DNA from: Kiritimatiellia bacterium
GTDB lineage: Bacteria; Verrucomicrobiota; Kiritimatiellia; RFP12; JAAYLN01
Length of the DNA: 64,000 nucleotides
Direction: 5' to 3'
NCBI GenBank assembly: GCA_017962605.1
Contig: JAGCUY010000217.1
Location: forward strand, 7,412-71,411
Positions 19,476 through 29,469 of this stretch are shown here, in pieces (position 1 is the first letter of the stretch; each line of letters begins with the position of its first letter). The notes under the pieces are model-generated. The model was not told the origin of the DNA. It saw nothing but the letters and a program-made list of their open reading frames with translations, and searched no databases. The translations under genes were made by a program, and so were the position numbers.

Positions 19476-20503
19476 CATGCGCTAGCCCGCTCGCCCACGC
19501 CAGTTCTCCATTTTGCCCTCCACATTGTCCTCCACCCTGCCTGCGTGAACCTTTCCGCAGGCATTTCCCCCAATCTCTTCTCTAAAATCCTTTCCAGCGC
19601 CGTCACCCCTCTTCCTCGACCATTTTCTTCTCCGCACCGTAGTCTTGTGGAAGCTTCTCCCCCACATTCGCCTAGGATTTCGCGTGCGCATTTCCACGCA
19701 GATTCCAGTGCATCCGCCTCGAGCGCGTATGTCCCGCTTACAGTCCTCCCCCCTCGAAGACCATTCTTCTTTTTCATCCGCACTGTAATCTTTCCACATT
19801 TGCCACCGCCGAGAGGCTGCAGGGTTGCTTCTGCGCCTTCAGCCAGCAACGCTGCAGCTGGAATGGGATCTGCGGCTCCAGCCGCCTGCCTAAACTTCTC
19901 AGCCAACCCTTTGTAGCGCATCGCATTCTTGTAATGTGAAAGCAGTTCTGGGCAGTTCTCCCTAAGCCACCCCTTGATTCCCGGATTGCGACCGACTATT
20001 TCACCATCCACGTTGCGGAGCAAAGAATTGTCGCAATACGCTTCAAGATCACAGAGCATGGAGCCGAACCGTAACGCCTCTATTGCACCAGTTCCAGCCT
20101 TCGCATACTGCATCAGCAACTCCTCTGGCTTCGGACACGGGCTTGTCGTGAAGCGGTCGCGGACGCGCCGCCGCTCCTTCGCAAGACGCTCCCTGCGGCT
20201 CCGCTCCTGCGGATAATACTTAGGCCGCCGCATTTTTGCAAGAAGGACACGGGACATCTTGGCAACAGCCCATATTCCCATCCCTACGGAGACTTGTCCT
20301 GCCGCAAGCGTCAAGCCCGCCAGAGCACCAACGGCCTCCGATCCAATAGACAAGTTTTGGTATGGGTTCATGTGCTGGCCAATGGCCGCACCAGCCCTCA
20401 CTTCGGCCATACCGACATTGATAAGGAGGCGCAGCATGTCGCGCCCGTTGAGGAAATCGAAGGCTTCGCCAAAAGCCTTCCTACGAAGTGATGAATATCT
20501 CAT
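19475..20503 (-). CDS. Basic hypothetical protein of unknown family
   Basis: Long ORF, visibly less GC-rich than its neighbours. TTGAAA-N17-TATCAT promoter ends 7 nt before ATG 20503. Confidence 0.7.
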   Translation of the reverse strand: MRYSSLRRKAFGEAFDFLNGRDMLRLLINVGMAEVRAGAAIGQHMNPYQNLSIGSEAVGALAGLTLAAGQVSVGMGIWAVAKMSRVLLAKMRRPKYYPQERSRRERLAKERRRVRDRFTTSPCPKPEELLMQYAKAGTGAIEALRFGSMLCDLEAYCDNSLLRNVDGEIVGRNPGIKGWLRENCPELLSHYKNAMRYKGLAEKFRQAAGAADPIPAAALLAEGAEATLQPLGGGKCGKITVRMKKKNGLRGGRTVSGTYALEADALESAWKCAREILGECGGEASTRLRCGEENGRGRGVTALERILEKRLGEMPAERFTQAGWRTMWRAKWRTGVGERASA

Positions 20504-20613
20504 GAAATCAATGATAGCAGAAAGAAGAGGGGATTTCAAGACTACGGAGAGGAAAGGATAATGGAGGGGGTGAAAACTTGCGTCTAATGGGGTGTTGAGG
20601 TATCATGGAAGGC
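20504..20613. promoter_or_regulatory. Back-to-back sigma70 promoters, each ending 7 nt before an ATG
   Basis: Minus: TTGAAA (20539-20534) N17 TATCAT (20516-20511). Plus: TTGCGT (20578-20583) N17 TATCAT (20601-20606). Confidence 0.7.
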
Positions 20614-21369
20614 ATGCAAAATAATACTAATACGATTGCATCTCTTATCGACGCTATCTTCTCCGCCAGCGCACCTTACTTCTTCACAGGCGCCGGAGTA
20701 TCCACCCTCTGCGGGATTCCAGACTTCCGCGGCCCAAACGGACTCTACCGCGACCCAAATGTGGCCCGGATGTTCGAGATAGACCTCTTCGACGAAGACC
20801 CTTCCTATTTCTACAGCATGGCCGACACTCTCGTTTACGGAACATCTGCAATCGAACCCGGCCCCGTCCACCGCGCAATCGCGGCGCTTGAGCACACAGG
20901 GCGCAGCTTGGGTGTCGTCACGCAGAACATCGACGGCCTCCACGAGCGCGCAGGCTCCTCACCCGTCTATGCCGTGCACGGCTCGGCTGCAATGCACCAC
21001 TGCCGCCGATGCGGTGACGCCAAGACCTTCGATGAAATCGTCGCCATCCGTGGCGGCATCAAGGGCGCCGTTCCACATTGCGCCAAGTGCGGCGGGGTTT
21101 ACAAGCCAGACATAACCTTCTTCGGCGAGATGCTACCCGAGGCGGCGTTCGACGGCGCAATGCGCCTTGCCGACAAAGCAGACCTTGTCGTCGTCCTAGG
21201 CTCATCGCTCACCGTCCACCCTGCGGCCTCTATTCCCCTCCGCACCTTGCGTCGCGGCGGGAAAATGGCCATCGTGAACCGTGGCGAAACTCCGTACGAC
21301 GATCTAGCGGAATTCCTCTGCGACGACCTCGCCGAGTTCGCAGCCGCCCTCTTCGCACGGCTACCCTAA
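20614..21369 (+). CDS. cobB: Sir2-family NAD-dependent protein deacylase
   Basis: TGAGVST..GIPDFRG, TQNIDGLH, HGS, two CxxC, KPDITFFGE, GSSLTVHPAA. TTGCGT-N17-TATCAT promoter places the start at 20614. Confidence 0.93.
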   Translation: MQNNTNTIASLIDAIFSASAPYFFTGAGVSTLCGIPDFRGPNGLYRDPNVARMFEIDLFDEDPSYFYSMADTLVYGTSAIEPGPVHRAIAALEHTGRSLGVVTQNIDGLHERAGSSPVYAVHGSAAMHHCRRCGDAKTFDEIVAIRGGIKGAVPHCAKCGGVYKPDITFFGEMLPEAAFDGAMRLADKADLVVVLGSSLTVHPAASIPLRTLRRGGKMAIVNRGETPYDDLAEFLCDDLAEFAAALFARLP

Positions 21370-22055
21370 TCGCCACGCTTCGCCAGCGGATAGGCGCGCC
21401 CTAGCATAGGATACTTTGCGCCAGCGGCCGCATTGTATGGCAGCCACTCGACTTTCGCCCCTGCTGCCAGAGCCTCTAATGCCGCCCTATCGGCGGCACT
21501 GTCGTTCACGCCAGGAATCAACGGCACGCGGAAGACAAAGGGCACTCCGCTCGTGCGCAGCCAGGTGACATTCTCCAGCACCAGCGCCAAATCGCCGCCA
21601 GTCCAGCGGCGGAAGGCATCGGCATCGTGGTGCTTCAAGTCCTGATAGACGAAATCCATCCGCGAGACTACGGATCGGAAGTCCTCTTGCGGAGCGTGGC
21701 CGCTCGTCTCAATGGCGAGATGGATGCCATGGGCGTGGAGGAGGTCTGAAACCTCGCAGACGAATTCGGCCTGCGCCAGAGGTTCCCCTCCGGAGAAGGT
21801 GACTCCGCCGCCGCTCTGAAGCATGATGTCGGCGTTTATGAGAAGTTCCCTGGCAAGAGCTGACGCCTCCCAGTCAACGCCACATGGAATCTCCTCGCCG
21901 TCGCGTCGGCGCATGGTCTCGACCTCGAACCTCTGCCCCTCGGGGTTGTGACACCAGGCACAGCGCAGCGGACACCCCTTCAAAAAGACGGTAGTCCGCA
22001 CGCCCGGTCCGTCGTGCAGCGTGAATTCGCGAATCTCAAAAACCCGCCCCTTCAT
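21366..22055 (-). CDS. Glycyl-radical enzyme activating protein (radical SAM, no ferredoxin insert)
   Basis: HDGPGVRTTVFLKGCPLRCAWCHNPE, GGVTFSGGEP, R.PLIPGVND. Confidence 0.93.
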   Translation of the reverse strand: MKGRVFEIREFTLHDGPGVRTTVFLKGCPLRCAWCHNPEGQRFEVETMRRRDGEEIPCGVDWEASALARELLINADIMLQSGGGVTFSGGEPLAQAEFVCEVSDLLHAHGIHLAIETSGHAPQEDFRSVVSRMDFVYQDLKHHDADAFRRWTGGDLALVLENVTWLRTSGVPFVFRVPLIPGVNDSAADRAALEALAAGAKVEWLPYNAAAGAKYPMLGRAYPLAKRGD

Positions 22056-24145
22056 GGCGCGGCGAGTTCAACGCGCTTGATGATCTGATCCTGGAACTCC
22101 TTGTCAAGCTCAACGAAGTAGCCGCTCCAGCCCCAGACGCGCACAATTAGGTGGCGATGCTTCTCCGGGTGCGCCTGGGCGTCAAGCAGCGTCTCGCGGT
22201 CAATTGCGTTGATCTGCAACTGGTGGCCGCCGCGCATGACGAAGAAGCGCACGAGCTCCGCCACCTTGTCCACGCCATCAGGCATTGCAAATGCGGAGTC
22301 GTGGATTTCAATCGTCAGAGGGCCGCCATTGGAGACGAGCCCCAAATCAGGCTCAGTGAACGAGCGCACCACCGAGACAGGCCCCTTGACAGGGAAGTCG
22401 AGCGATGGCGCCCAGTTGGCAGGATACGGCTGACCGGAGAGGCGGCCTGACGGAGACGCCTTGAGCTCGCGGGCGTGCCAGACATAATACATGGCGCTGC
22501 CGGTGCCGGGACGGAAGATGCCGCCACGGTCATTGCGCTTGCCGTCAAAAGCATGGCCCCAGAAGGCGATTACACGCTGCGCAATCTCATCGGCGCGGGC
22601 GTCGGCATTGCCCATCTTCGGTGCGGCCTTGGCGGCGGCGAGAACATCGGGGCGACCAGCGAAGTCGGTGTCGAGCAGCGCCACAAGCTCCTGCAAGGAG
22701 ACAAGTTTCTTTTCAAAGACCAGCTCGCGGACGGCGGCCAGAGAATCCACGGCCACGGAGATGCCGGTGCCATGGATGCCGAAGTTGTTGTATTTGGCGC
22801 AGCAGGAGAGGTCGCGGGCGGACGCGATGCACCCAGCCGAGATCGCCGAGACAAACGGCCCAGGCAGCACCTCTACATGCGAGTATTTGGCGACGAGCGC
22901 GTCGGCGCGCCGCTTGACCTCGGCGAGGAATGCGGCCTCGATGGCGGCAAAGGACGGGGGCTCAGCCCCCGAGCCCCCAGACGCAAGGGTTCTTAGCGTG
23001 GTGTCGAGGGCGCCGGGGAAGTTCACGGCGTCGATGTTGTCGATGTCCAGGGCGCAGCCGGGGATGATGAACTCCCAGCATGCAGCCACGGTGTAGTCGC
23101 GGGCGTCCTCGGGCGCGTAGCCCCAGCGCTCAAGCGCCGGGATGACCACATCGTCGTTGGCATATTGCGGGAAGCCAAGACCCTTGGCGGTAAGTTCGGT
23201 GCCAAGGCGATAGATCTCAATTGGCGTCTCCTTGTTGACGCGGAGGTTGATCTTGGGATCGACGAGCTTCAGTTCGCCACATGCCTTTAGGCAAAGGCGA
23301 GAGAGGTCGTTGAAAGCCGGCTTGCCATCGCGGGTCACGCCGCCGAGCATTACGGACTGGCCGTTGTCGCCCTGCTGGACGCCGATGTAGAGGTCGCTGT
23401 CGCGGTTGCAGGCGATGAAAAACTCCTCAAGGAGCTCAAGCGCGCCGTCCTCGTCCAACTGGCCCTCGCGGATGTCGGACTCGAAATATGGCAGAAGATA
23501 CTGGTCGATGCGGCCAAGGCCGCAATGGTATTCGCCCTCGCACCACATCGCATAGTGGAGGATGCGCAACGACTGAAGAGCCTCGTGGAAAGTCCGCGCG
23601 CCAAGGCGCGGGACGCGGGAGAGAATCTCCACGATTTCCGTTAGGCCGCGCTCCTCGGCGGCGGCGCGATAGCGCTCCACCAGCCCCAGCACCGCCTCGA
23701 CGGAGAGGATCGAGTTCTCGAGGAACTCGATGCCGGCGGCATCGTCCTCGGCGCGGGCGCGCTCAAGACGAGAGCGCATCTCGGAGAGGCGGGCGTCGAG
23801 GCCATCGCGGATAGACGGACCGAAGTCTGCCGTGATGTTGAAGACAACGCCCTTCTCACCGAAGGCCGTACCTGTGGCGCGGCGCGCGTCCATCTCCGCA
23901 TCGCTGTGGAGGTCGGGGATCTGGCGGACAGTGCGAGTGAAGGCGATGCGCTCGCCGTCAAGGAAGGCAGGCTTCTCGCCCTCGGCGCGAAGCATCTCGC
24001 AGAGGCCGATGCGTGCGCGCGCCATGTCTGGCGTTTTCTCCGCGACAAAGCGCTCCAGCAATGGCGCCCAGTCGGCATCGCGGCGGAGGGCATCCTGCCG
24101 ACGGTCGAAGGTGTAGTCGAGAAGAGAGCTGATTCTGTCAGTCAT
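22052..24145 (-). CDS. Glycyl-radical enzyme (PFL2-like family), substrate unknown
   Basis: GRIDQYL, Cys loop AACWE, GHQLQIN, L.DAQ.HPE.H..LIVRVWGWSGYF. Start at MTDRISS, after GAGG. Confidence 0.92.
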   Translation of the reverse strand: MTDRISSLLDYTFDRRQDALRRDADWAPLLERFVAEKTPDMARARIGLCEMLRAEGEKPAFLDGERIAFTRTVRQIPDLHSDAEMDARRATGTAFGEKGVVFNITADFGPSIRDGLDARLSEMRSRLERARAEDDAAGIEFLENSILSVEAVLGLVERYRAAAEERGLTEIVEILSRVPRLGARTFHEALQSLRILHYAMWCEGEYHCGLGRIDQYLLPYFESDIREGQLDEDGALELLEEFFIACNRDSDLYIGVQQGDNGQSVMLGGVTRDGKPAFNDLSRLCLKACGELKLVDPKINLRVNKETPIEIYRLGTELTAKGLGFPQYANDDVVIPALERWGYAPEDARDYTVAACWEFIIPGCALDIDNIDAVNFPGALDTTLRTLASGGSGAEPPSFAAIEAAFLAEVKRRADALVAKYSHVEVLPGPFVSAISAGCIASARDLSCCAKYNNFGIHGTGISVAVDSLAAVRELVFEKKLVSLQELVALLDTDFAGRPDVLAAAKAAPKMGNADARADEIAQRVIAFWGHAFDGKRNDRGGIFRPGTGSAMYYVWHARELKASPSGRLSGQPYPANWAPSLDFPVKGPVSVVRSFTEPDLGLVSNGGPLTIEIHDSAFAMPDGVDKVAELVRFFVMRGGHQLQINAIDRETLLDAQAHPEKHRHLIVRVWGWSGYFVELDKEFQDQIIKRVELAAP

Positions 24146-24186
24146 GGCAATTACCTCAGTTATGGAGAATGATAAAATTCGCCGGC

Positions 24187-26385
24187 TCAGACGCGGCGGA
24201 TGGGAAGACGCATAGACGCCGCATCGTGGCATGGAACCGGCACGGGGATGCCGGCACCCATGAGGGTGTCACCGGACCAGACGCCAAGCTCACCGACTTC
24301 GTAACGAGCGGCGGGGTCAAGCCCGCGCAGGCGCAGGACGACATCGTTGCCATTGGGAACGGCGCGGCGCCGGACAACGGAAAGGAGGCCGCTGGAACGG
24401 TCCTTTGCGACGAACATCCAGGCATCCACGGCGTTGTCGCTCCAGGCATTTGAGAGGCGGTAGTGGTCGCCAGCCAGAGTCAACGGGTGGTAGCGGTGGA
24501 AGTCGGCAATCTGCTTGGGAACGAGAGCCCTGTCTTCGTCTGAGAGCTTCGTCGTGTCGAGTTCGTAGCCGAAGGCGCCGGCGAGAGCGACTGTGGCGCG
24601 AGTCTCGAACGGGGTGATACGGCCGACCTGGTGGTTCGGGCATGCGTAGACATGCGCGCCCATCGTCGAGCAGGGGTAGAAAATGGAAGTTCCGCCCTGG
24701 ATGCGGGTGCGCTCGACGGCATCGGAGTCGTCGGAGCACCAGATCTGCGGCGTGTAGCGGAGCATACCGGCGTCGAAGCGTCCGCCGCCGCCCGAGCAGC
24801 CTTCGACGAGCAAGCCAGGGCAGCGCTCAAGGAGAAGGCGGTGGAAGCGGTAAACGCCGAGAATGAAGCGGTGCGCGGCCTCTCCCTGGCGCTCGGGCGG
24901 CAGGGCGGCTGCAAAGGCCTCGGTGTGGTTGCGGTTCATGTCGTATTTGAGATAGTCTATGCCGGCGCGGCTTGCGAGGCCCGCGACGGTATCGACAACC
25001 GCATCGACAATCTCCGGGCGAGTGAAGTCGAGCAGATATTGGTAGCGGCCGATGGAGCGGTCGCGGCCGGGGATGCACATAACCCAGTCGGGATGGGCGC
25101 GGAAGATTTCGCTATCCTCGCCAATCATCTCCGGCTCGAACCAAAGACCGAACTTGATACCGAGGTCATGGACGCCGCGCACGAGGTCAGCCATGTCGCC
25201 GACCTTGGCGGAGTTCTCAAACCAGTCGCCCATGGAAACCTTGTCGTTGTCGCGGCGGCCGAACCAGCCGTCGTCCACGACAATCATCTCGGCGCCGAGA
25301 GAGGCCGCGTCGCGGGCGATGGCCAGGATCTTCTCAGCATTGAAATTGAAGTATGCGGCCTCCCAGCAATTGACGAGCGCGGGGCGCGGCACCTTCGCCC
25401 ACTTCTGGTCGATGAGATGGCCGCGCATGAAGTCGTGGAAGCGGCGGCTCATGCCGCCGACGCCCTCCGCCGAGTAGGCAAGGAAAACCTCCGGCGCCTG
25501 GAAGGATTCGCCGGGGGCGAGCTTCCAGGAGAAGGTGTCAGGCGCAATGCCCGTAACGGCGCGGGTGGAGCCGAAGGGGTCGGTATCGACATCGGCCCTG
25601 AAGTTGCCGCTGTAGCAGAGGACAAAGCCCCAGGCATCGCCCTGAGACTCGGTGGCATCGGACGAGAGCAGCGCAAAGGCGTTGTTCATCGAGTGGCCGG
25701 TGGCGCCACGGACGCTACGCATCGTGTGGATACCGCCGCCGAGGGGGAGTCGCTCGGCGTGGCGCTCGCGCGCCCATGCGCCGGGGAGTTGCAGGAGATG
25801 GAGGCCATCGCGGCGGAGGTCAAGCTGCGCACTGGCAACGCGCTCGATGGTGAATGGAGAATCGGTCGTGTTCTCGATGCGGACGCTGCGGACGATTACA
25901 TCGGTCGCCGGGAAGACAGTGTAGAGGAGATGGAAGGAAGCGCCGCGCGCGGCGTCGCGGGCGAGAATGTCGAGAGTTTCGACATCCTTGTCATCGCCGG
26001 CGAAGGCGCCGGGGAGGTCGCCCATATCGAGCGCGCCCGGGCGGATCTCGTGCGACACATAGCGCAGATCGGCGGCGAGGGAGCCATCATCCCAGCGGAT
26101 GGAAAGGCCGGGAACGCGGTAGTCGCCAGTGTTGACACCCGACATCTCCTGCGGGGCGGTGTCGCGTGAGAACGGCCAAGGGACACCGGCCGGCTGCGGC
26201 TGGAAGGATGGGCGCTGCTCGCGGCGGGCGAGAGCGACCAGGGCGTCGCCGTCAGACACACGCGCGCCGTAGTGCAGATGCAGCAGAAAGCCGTTGGGGT
26301 CGGCAAAGAAAGCGTAGGAAGTCGTCCGCGTATCGAGGCGGAACACTTTAGAGTTAGGGAAGTAAGTAATCATGGTGAAAAACAT
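24187..26385 (-). CDS. Alpha-galactosidase, GH36
   Basis: N.WEAAYF, DDGWFG.R, FGLWFEPEM, YLKYDMNR, EGCSGGGGRFD.G, W.SDDSDA. Confidence 0.95.
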   Translation of the reverse strand: MFFTMITYFPNSKVFRLDTRTTSYAFFADPNGFLLHLHYGARVSDGDALVALARREQRPSFQPQPAGVPWPFSRDTAPQEMSGVNTGDYRVPGLSIRWDDGSLAADLRYVSHEIRPGALDMGDLPGAFAGDDKDVETLDILARDAARGASFHLLYTVFPATDVIVRSVRIENTTDSPFTIERVASAQLDLRRDGLHLLQLPGAWARERHAERLPLGGGIHTMRSVRGATGHSMNNAFALLSSDATESQGDAWGFVLCYSGNFRADVDTDPFGSTRAVTGIAPDTFSWKLAPGESFQAPEVFLAYSAEGVGGMSRRFHDFMRGHLIDQKWAKVPRPALVNCWEAAYFNFNAEKILAIARDAASLGAEMIVVDDGWFGRRDNDKVSMGDWFENSAKVGDMADLVRGVHDLGIKFGLWFEPEMIGEDSEIFRAHPDWVMCIPGRDRSIGRYQYLLDFTRPEIVDAVVDTVAGLASRAGIDYLKYDMNRNHTEAFAAALPPERQGEAAHRFILGVYRFHRLLLERCPGLLVEGCSGGGGRFDAGMLRYTPQIWCSDDSDAVERTRIQGGTSIFYPCSTMGAHVYACPNHQVGRITPFETRATVALAGAFGYELDTTKLSDEDRALVPKQIADFHRYHPLTLAGDHYRLSNAWSDNAVDAWMFVAKDRSSGLLSVVRRRAVPNGNDVVLRLRGLDPAARYEVGELGVWSGDTLMGAGIPVPVPCHDAASMRLPIRRV

Positions 26386-27518
26386 TATAGAAAACGGCCA
26401 TCATGGCCGCAAGCGGCCGAGCCGTTTCGAATTATGCGGGCGGATACTTGCCAGCCAGCGAAAGGGGTGGAATGACCTTTTGAGAGGAAGCGAGAGGGGT
26501 CGATGGTGTCATTGACGCCTATCGCCACCTCAATTGCGTCCTTCTCCGCCGGAGGCAGACCAAAAATTGCGCGAGGGCGCGTGGACATCCTGTCTATGAG
26601 CGCGTCAAGCGTCAGAACCCCCTTCTCCACCAGATAGGTGTAGCAGAGGGCGAAAGAAGTCTCAAGCCCGACAATGCCAAAAGCGCTCCCGGAAAGCCCA
26701 CGGGACTTCTCCTCCGCAGAGTGCGGCGCGTGGTCGGTTGCGATGCAGTCGATTGTTCCATCGGCTAGAGCCTCGCGCAGGGCATCGCGGTCATCTGCGC
26801 CACGGACAGGCGGATTCATCTTGAAACGCCCCTCGTCGGCCAGGTCATCGTCGCAGAGGAGCAGGTAGTGAGGCGCAGTCTCGCAAGAGATGCGAAGACC
26901 GTCGCGCTTTGCCTCGCGGACAAGCATCGCGCTCTCCTTGGTCGAGACATGGCAGATATGATACTGGACGCCGGTGTCGCGCACAATCTCCAGGTCGCGC
27001 TCCACCATGCGCCACTCGCTTGACGAAGGGATGCCAGTGAGGAAATGGGCGCGGGCGTATACGCCATCGTGGACGCAGCCGCCAGCGGGAACCAGAGAAT
27101 TCACCTCGCAGTGGGCGGAGATTGGCCGCCCGACTTCACGGGCCGCCGCGAATGCCTCACGCGCCAGCCCGATGTCCTGAAGGCCGTGGCCGTCATCGGA
27201 GAAACCCACGACATGCGGCGCAAGCGCGGCGAGGTCGGCGAGTTCACGGCCAGCCTGCCCCTTGGTTATTGCGGCGAATGGGTGGACGCGCACCCGCGCC
27301 GAGCGCTCGATGGCCTCAAGCTCGACCTGCAACGCATCAAGGCAGTCCGGCACGGGGTTGAGGTTAGGCATCGCGCAGATGTCGGTGAAGCCGCCAGCCG
27401 CCGCGGCAGCAGTGCCGCTGGCTATCGTCTCCTTATATTCTGCTCCAGGCTCGCGCAGGTGGACATGGCAGTCCGCCAGCCCCGGAAGCAGGATGTGCTG
27501 GATTTCGCTAGTCCCCAT
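26385..27518 (-). CDS. pyrC: Dihydroorotase (type I)
   Basis: D.HVHLREPG, MPNL.P, HICHVS, ETAPHYL, KMNPP, IATDHAPH, TPF.GW. Start moved to MGTSEIQ. Confidence 0.93.
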   Translation of the reverse strand: MGTSEIQHILLPGLADCHVHLREPGAEYKETIASGTAAAAAGGFTDICAMPNLNPVPDCLDALQVELEAIERSARVRVHPFAAITKGQAGRELADLAALAPHVVGFSDDGHGLQDIGLAREAFAAAREVGRPISAHCEVNSLVPAGGCVHDGVYARAHFLTGIPSSSEWRMVERDLEIVRDTGVQYHICHVSTKESAMLVREAKRDGLRISCETAPHYLLLCDDDLADEGRFKMNPPVRGADDRDALREALADGTIDCIATDHAPHSAEEKSRGLSGSAFGIVGLETSFALCYTYLVEKGVLTLDALIDRMSTRPRAIFGLPPAEKDAIEVAIGVNDTIDPSRFLSKGHSTPFAGWQVSARIIRNGSAACGHDGRFL

Positions 27519-29469
27519 TTGCGTCTTTCGGGTCCGGGTATTTGATTCCTGTCTTGAGCTGGAGCGCGGAAGATGTGGCGCTGGCGTCGGCCGGAGCCGC
27601 GATGATGGTCGGAGTAACGAAGACAAGCAGGTTCGTCTTCTCCTCGACGTCGTTCTTGTAGCGGAAGAGCCAGCCAAGCAGCGGGATCGAGCCGAGAATC
27701 GGAATGCGGTGCTCGACCTTCTTCACCGTCGTGCGAGTCAGGCCGGCGATAACGATTGTCTCGGAGTTCGGCACCGTAACGGTCGTCTTGGCGGAGCGCT
27801 TGGCGATGGTGGGGTTGAGGGCGTCGGTCGCGCTAGTCACGGAGGCGATTGTCGGCTCAAGCGCCATGCGCACCAGTTCGCCCGGCACGATGTATGGCGT
27901 GAACTTCAGCGTAACGCCCACCTCCATGCGGTCGATAGTCTGGACAGTCTCGCGGTCGGAGCCGGTTCCCTGAATGTTGGACTTGGCATAGGGGATGTCA
28001 TCGACGATCTTCACCTCGGCCTCGATGTTGTTCTGCGCCTGAAGAGAGGTTTCGGAAACGATGTTGAAATGGCTGTCGCTCTTCAGCGCCTCAATGGCGA
28101 TGATGCCAGGATAGGAGACGCGAAGATTGCCGGAGGCGTCGTAACCCGTGCCATGCGCGAAGGCCGCAGTCAGGCCCTGCGGCAGGATGGCGTTGGCGGC
28201 GCCCTCGATGACGCTCCCGCTGTCGGAAGTCATGCGGGAACCTGCCGAGACGCGAGTCTGGCCGCTCCTGCCGGGGGAGTCGAGCATCGTCAGCTGTGGA
28301 TTCCAGTTGAAGCCGTCGCCATCGGTAACCTCGGCGATCATCACGCTCACGTGGACCTGACCAGGAAGGACATCCATCGCCTCGACGAGCGAGCGCACCA
28401 CGCGGAAGTCACCGGGTAGGGCATCGACGACAATTGCGTTATTGACTGGACTTGCCTCAACGGAAATCTTGCGCAGTTCACCGCCGCCCTGCGCGCGCAT
28501 GGCCGACTTCTCCAGCAGCGCGGAAAGAGTCTTGGCGACGTCCTCGGCCTTGAGGTATTGCAGCGAAATGGCGTTAAGCGTGCCGCGCCCGGTGGGGACA
28601 TCGACATCCAGCTCCGCTACGAGCGCCTTGAACTCCGCAACCTGCGCCTCTTGTCCGACAAGGACAACGGCGTTGGCGGTTGGCGACGGGATGGCGACGC
28701 CGGCGGCAAGCATGGCTCGCGGCGTGACCGCGCCGTTGCCGGCCAGACGCTGGGCCACGGCCGCGCCCTCGCTCTGCACAGACGTGGCCGCGATGGCGTT
28801 AAGCTGCGCCGCGATGGCGTCGGCGTCGGCGAACTTTAGATTGACGATCTCCGTGGTGCGAGCCAGCCCAGGCTTGTCCAACTCGGCGACAAGAGCCGCC
28901 ACGCGCTCCAGTGTTGGGGCGGTGTCGGTGACGACGATAAGGTTGGCGCTTTCGAGCATCGTGATCCAAGACTTGCGGCCGCTGCCGCCCTCAAGGACGC
29001 GCCGAACCTCGTCGGCAGTGGCGTTCTTGAGGCGGAAGACCCGCGTCATCAGGCCATGCGGTGCTGGGGAGGGAGATTGGACAGACTCGGTTTGACCTTC
29101 GCCATTGCCGCCGGGTGCGCCGACAGCAAGGCCGCCGCCTTCTGGCAGGCTCACGATGCGGCAGGTGTGACCGTCATCGACCACGGAAAGACCCGCCGAA
29201 GCGAGGATGGAAAGGCCGAAAGTGTAGATTTCATCGGGAGAGAGGGCCACCGGATCGCCGTCGGGCACCAGCACCGAGAACTCGTTGTCGAGGCCGCCGG
29301 AGATGGCGAAGGGGCGGCCGGAGGCGTCGCTCATCATCTGGGCGAGAACATCGATCTTCACGCGCTCCATAGGACCGAGGCCGATGGTTGGCGCGGCCTC
29401 GCCGGAGGCCGTTGTGGCCGCCATTGCGGCGGCGATTAGTGGTGCGACTAAAGCAATCTTCATTTTCAT
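27508..29469 (-). CDS. gspD: Type II secretion secretin (GspD-like)
   Basis: Signal peptide, several secretin-N repeats (LKNATA, LKFADA, LQYLKA), and secretin domain with IPILGSIPLLGWLFR and NLLVFVTPTII. Confidence 0.88.
   Translation of the reverse strand: MKMKIALVAPLIAAAMAATTASGEAAPTIGLGPMERVKIDVLAQMMSDASGRPFAISGGLDNEFSVLVPDGDPVALSPDEIYTFGLSILASAGLSVVDDGHTCRIVSLPEGGGLAVGAPGGNGEGQTESVQSPSPAPHGLMTRVFRLKNATADEVRRVLEGGSGRKSWITMLESANLIVVTDTAPTLERVAALVAELDKPGLARTTEIVNLKFADADAIAAQLNAIAATSVQSEGAAVAQRLAGNGAVTPRAMLAAGVAIPSPTANAVVLVGQEAQVAEFKALVAELDVDVPTGRGTLNAISLQYLKAEDVAKTLSALLEKSAMRAQGGGELRKISVEASPVNNAIVVDALPGDFRVVRSLVEAMDVLPGQVHVSVMIAEVTDGDGFNWNPQLTMLDSPGRSGQTRVSAGSRMTSDSGSVIEGAANAILPQGLTAAFAHGTGYDASGNLRVSYPGIIAIEALKSDSHFNIVSETSLQAQNNIEAEVKIVDDIPYAKSNIQGTGSDRETVQTIDRMEVGVTLKFTPYIVPGELVRMALEPTIASVTSATDALNPTIAKRSAKTTVTVPNSETIVIAGLTRTTVKKVEHRIPILGSIPLLGWLFRYKNDVEEKTNLLVFVTPTIIAAPADASATSSALQLKTGIKYPDPKDANGD

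Noticed and set aside
20614-21369. Sir2 as an anti-phage (Thoeris/DSR-type) component
   Set aside because: It is a canonical Zn-binding CobB-type deacylase with no TIR, HerA or Argonaute partner.
22052-24145. Pyruvate formate-lyase (pflB)
   Set aside because: It lacks the CC active-site pair and the RVSGY motif, so no gene symbol was assigned.
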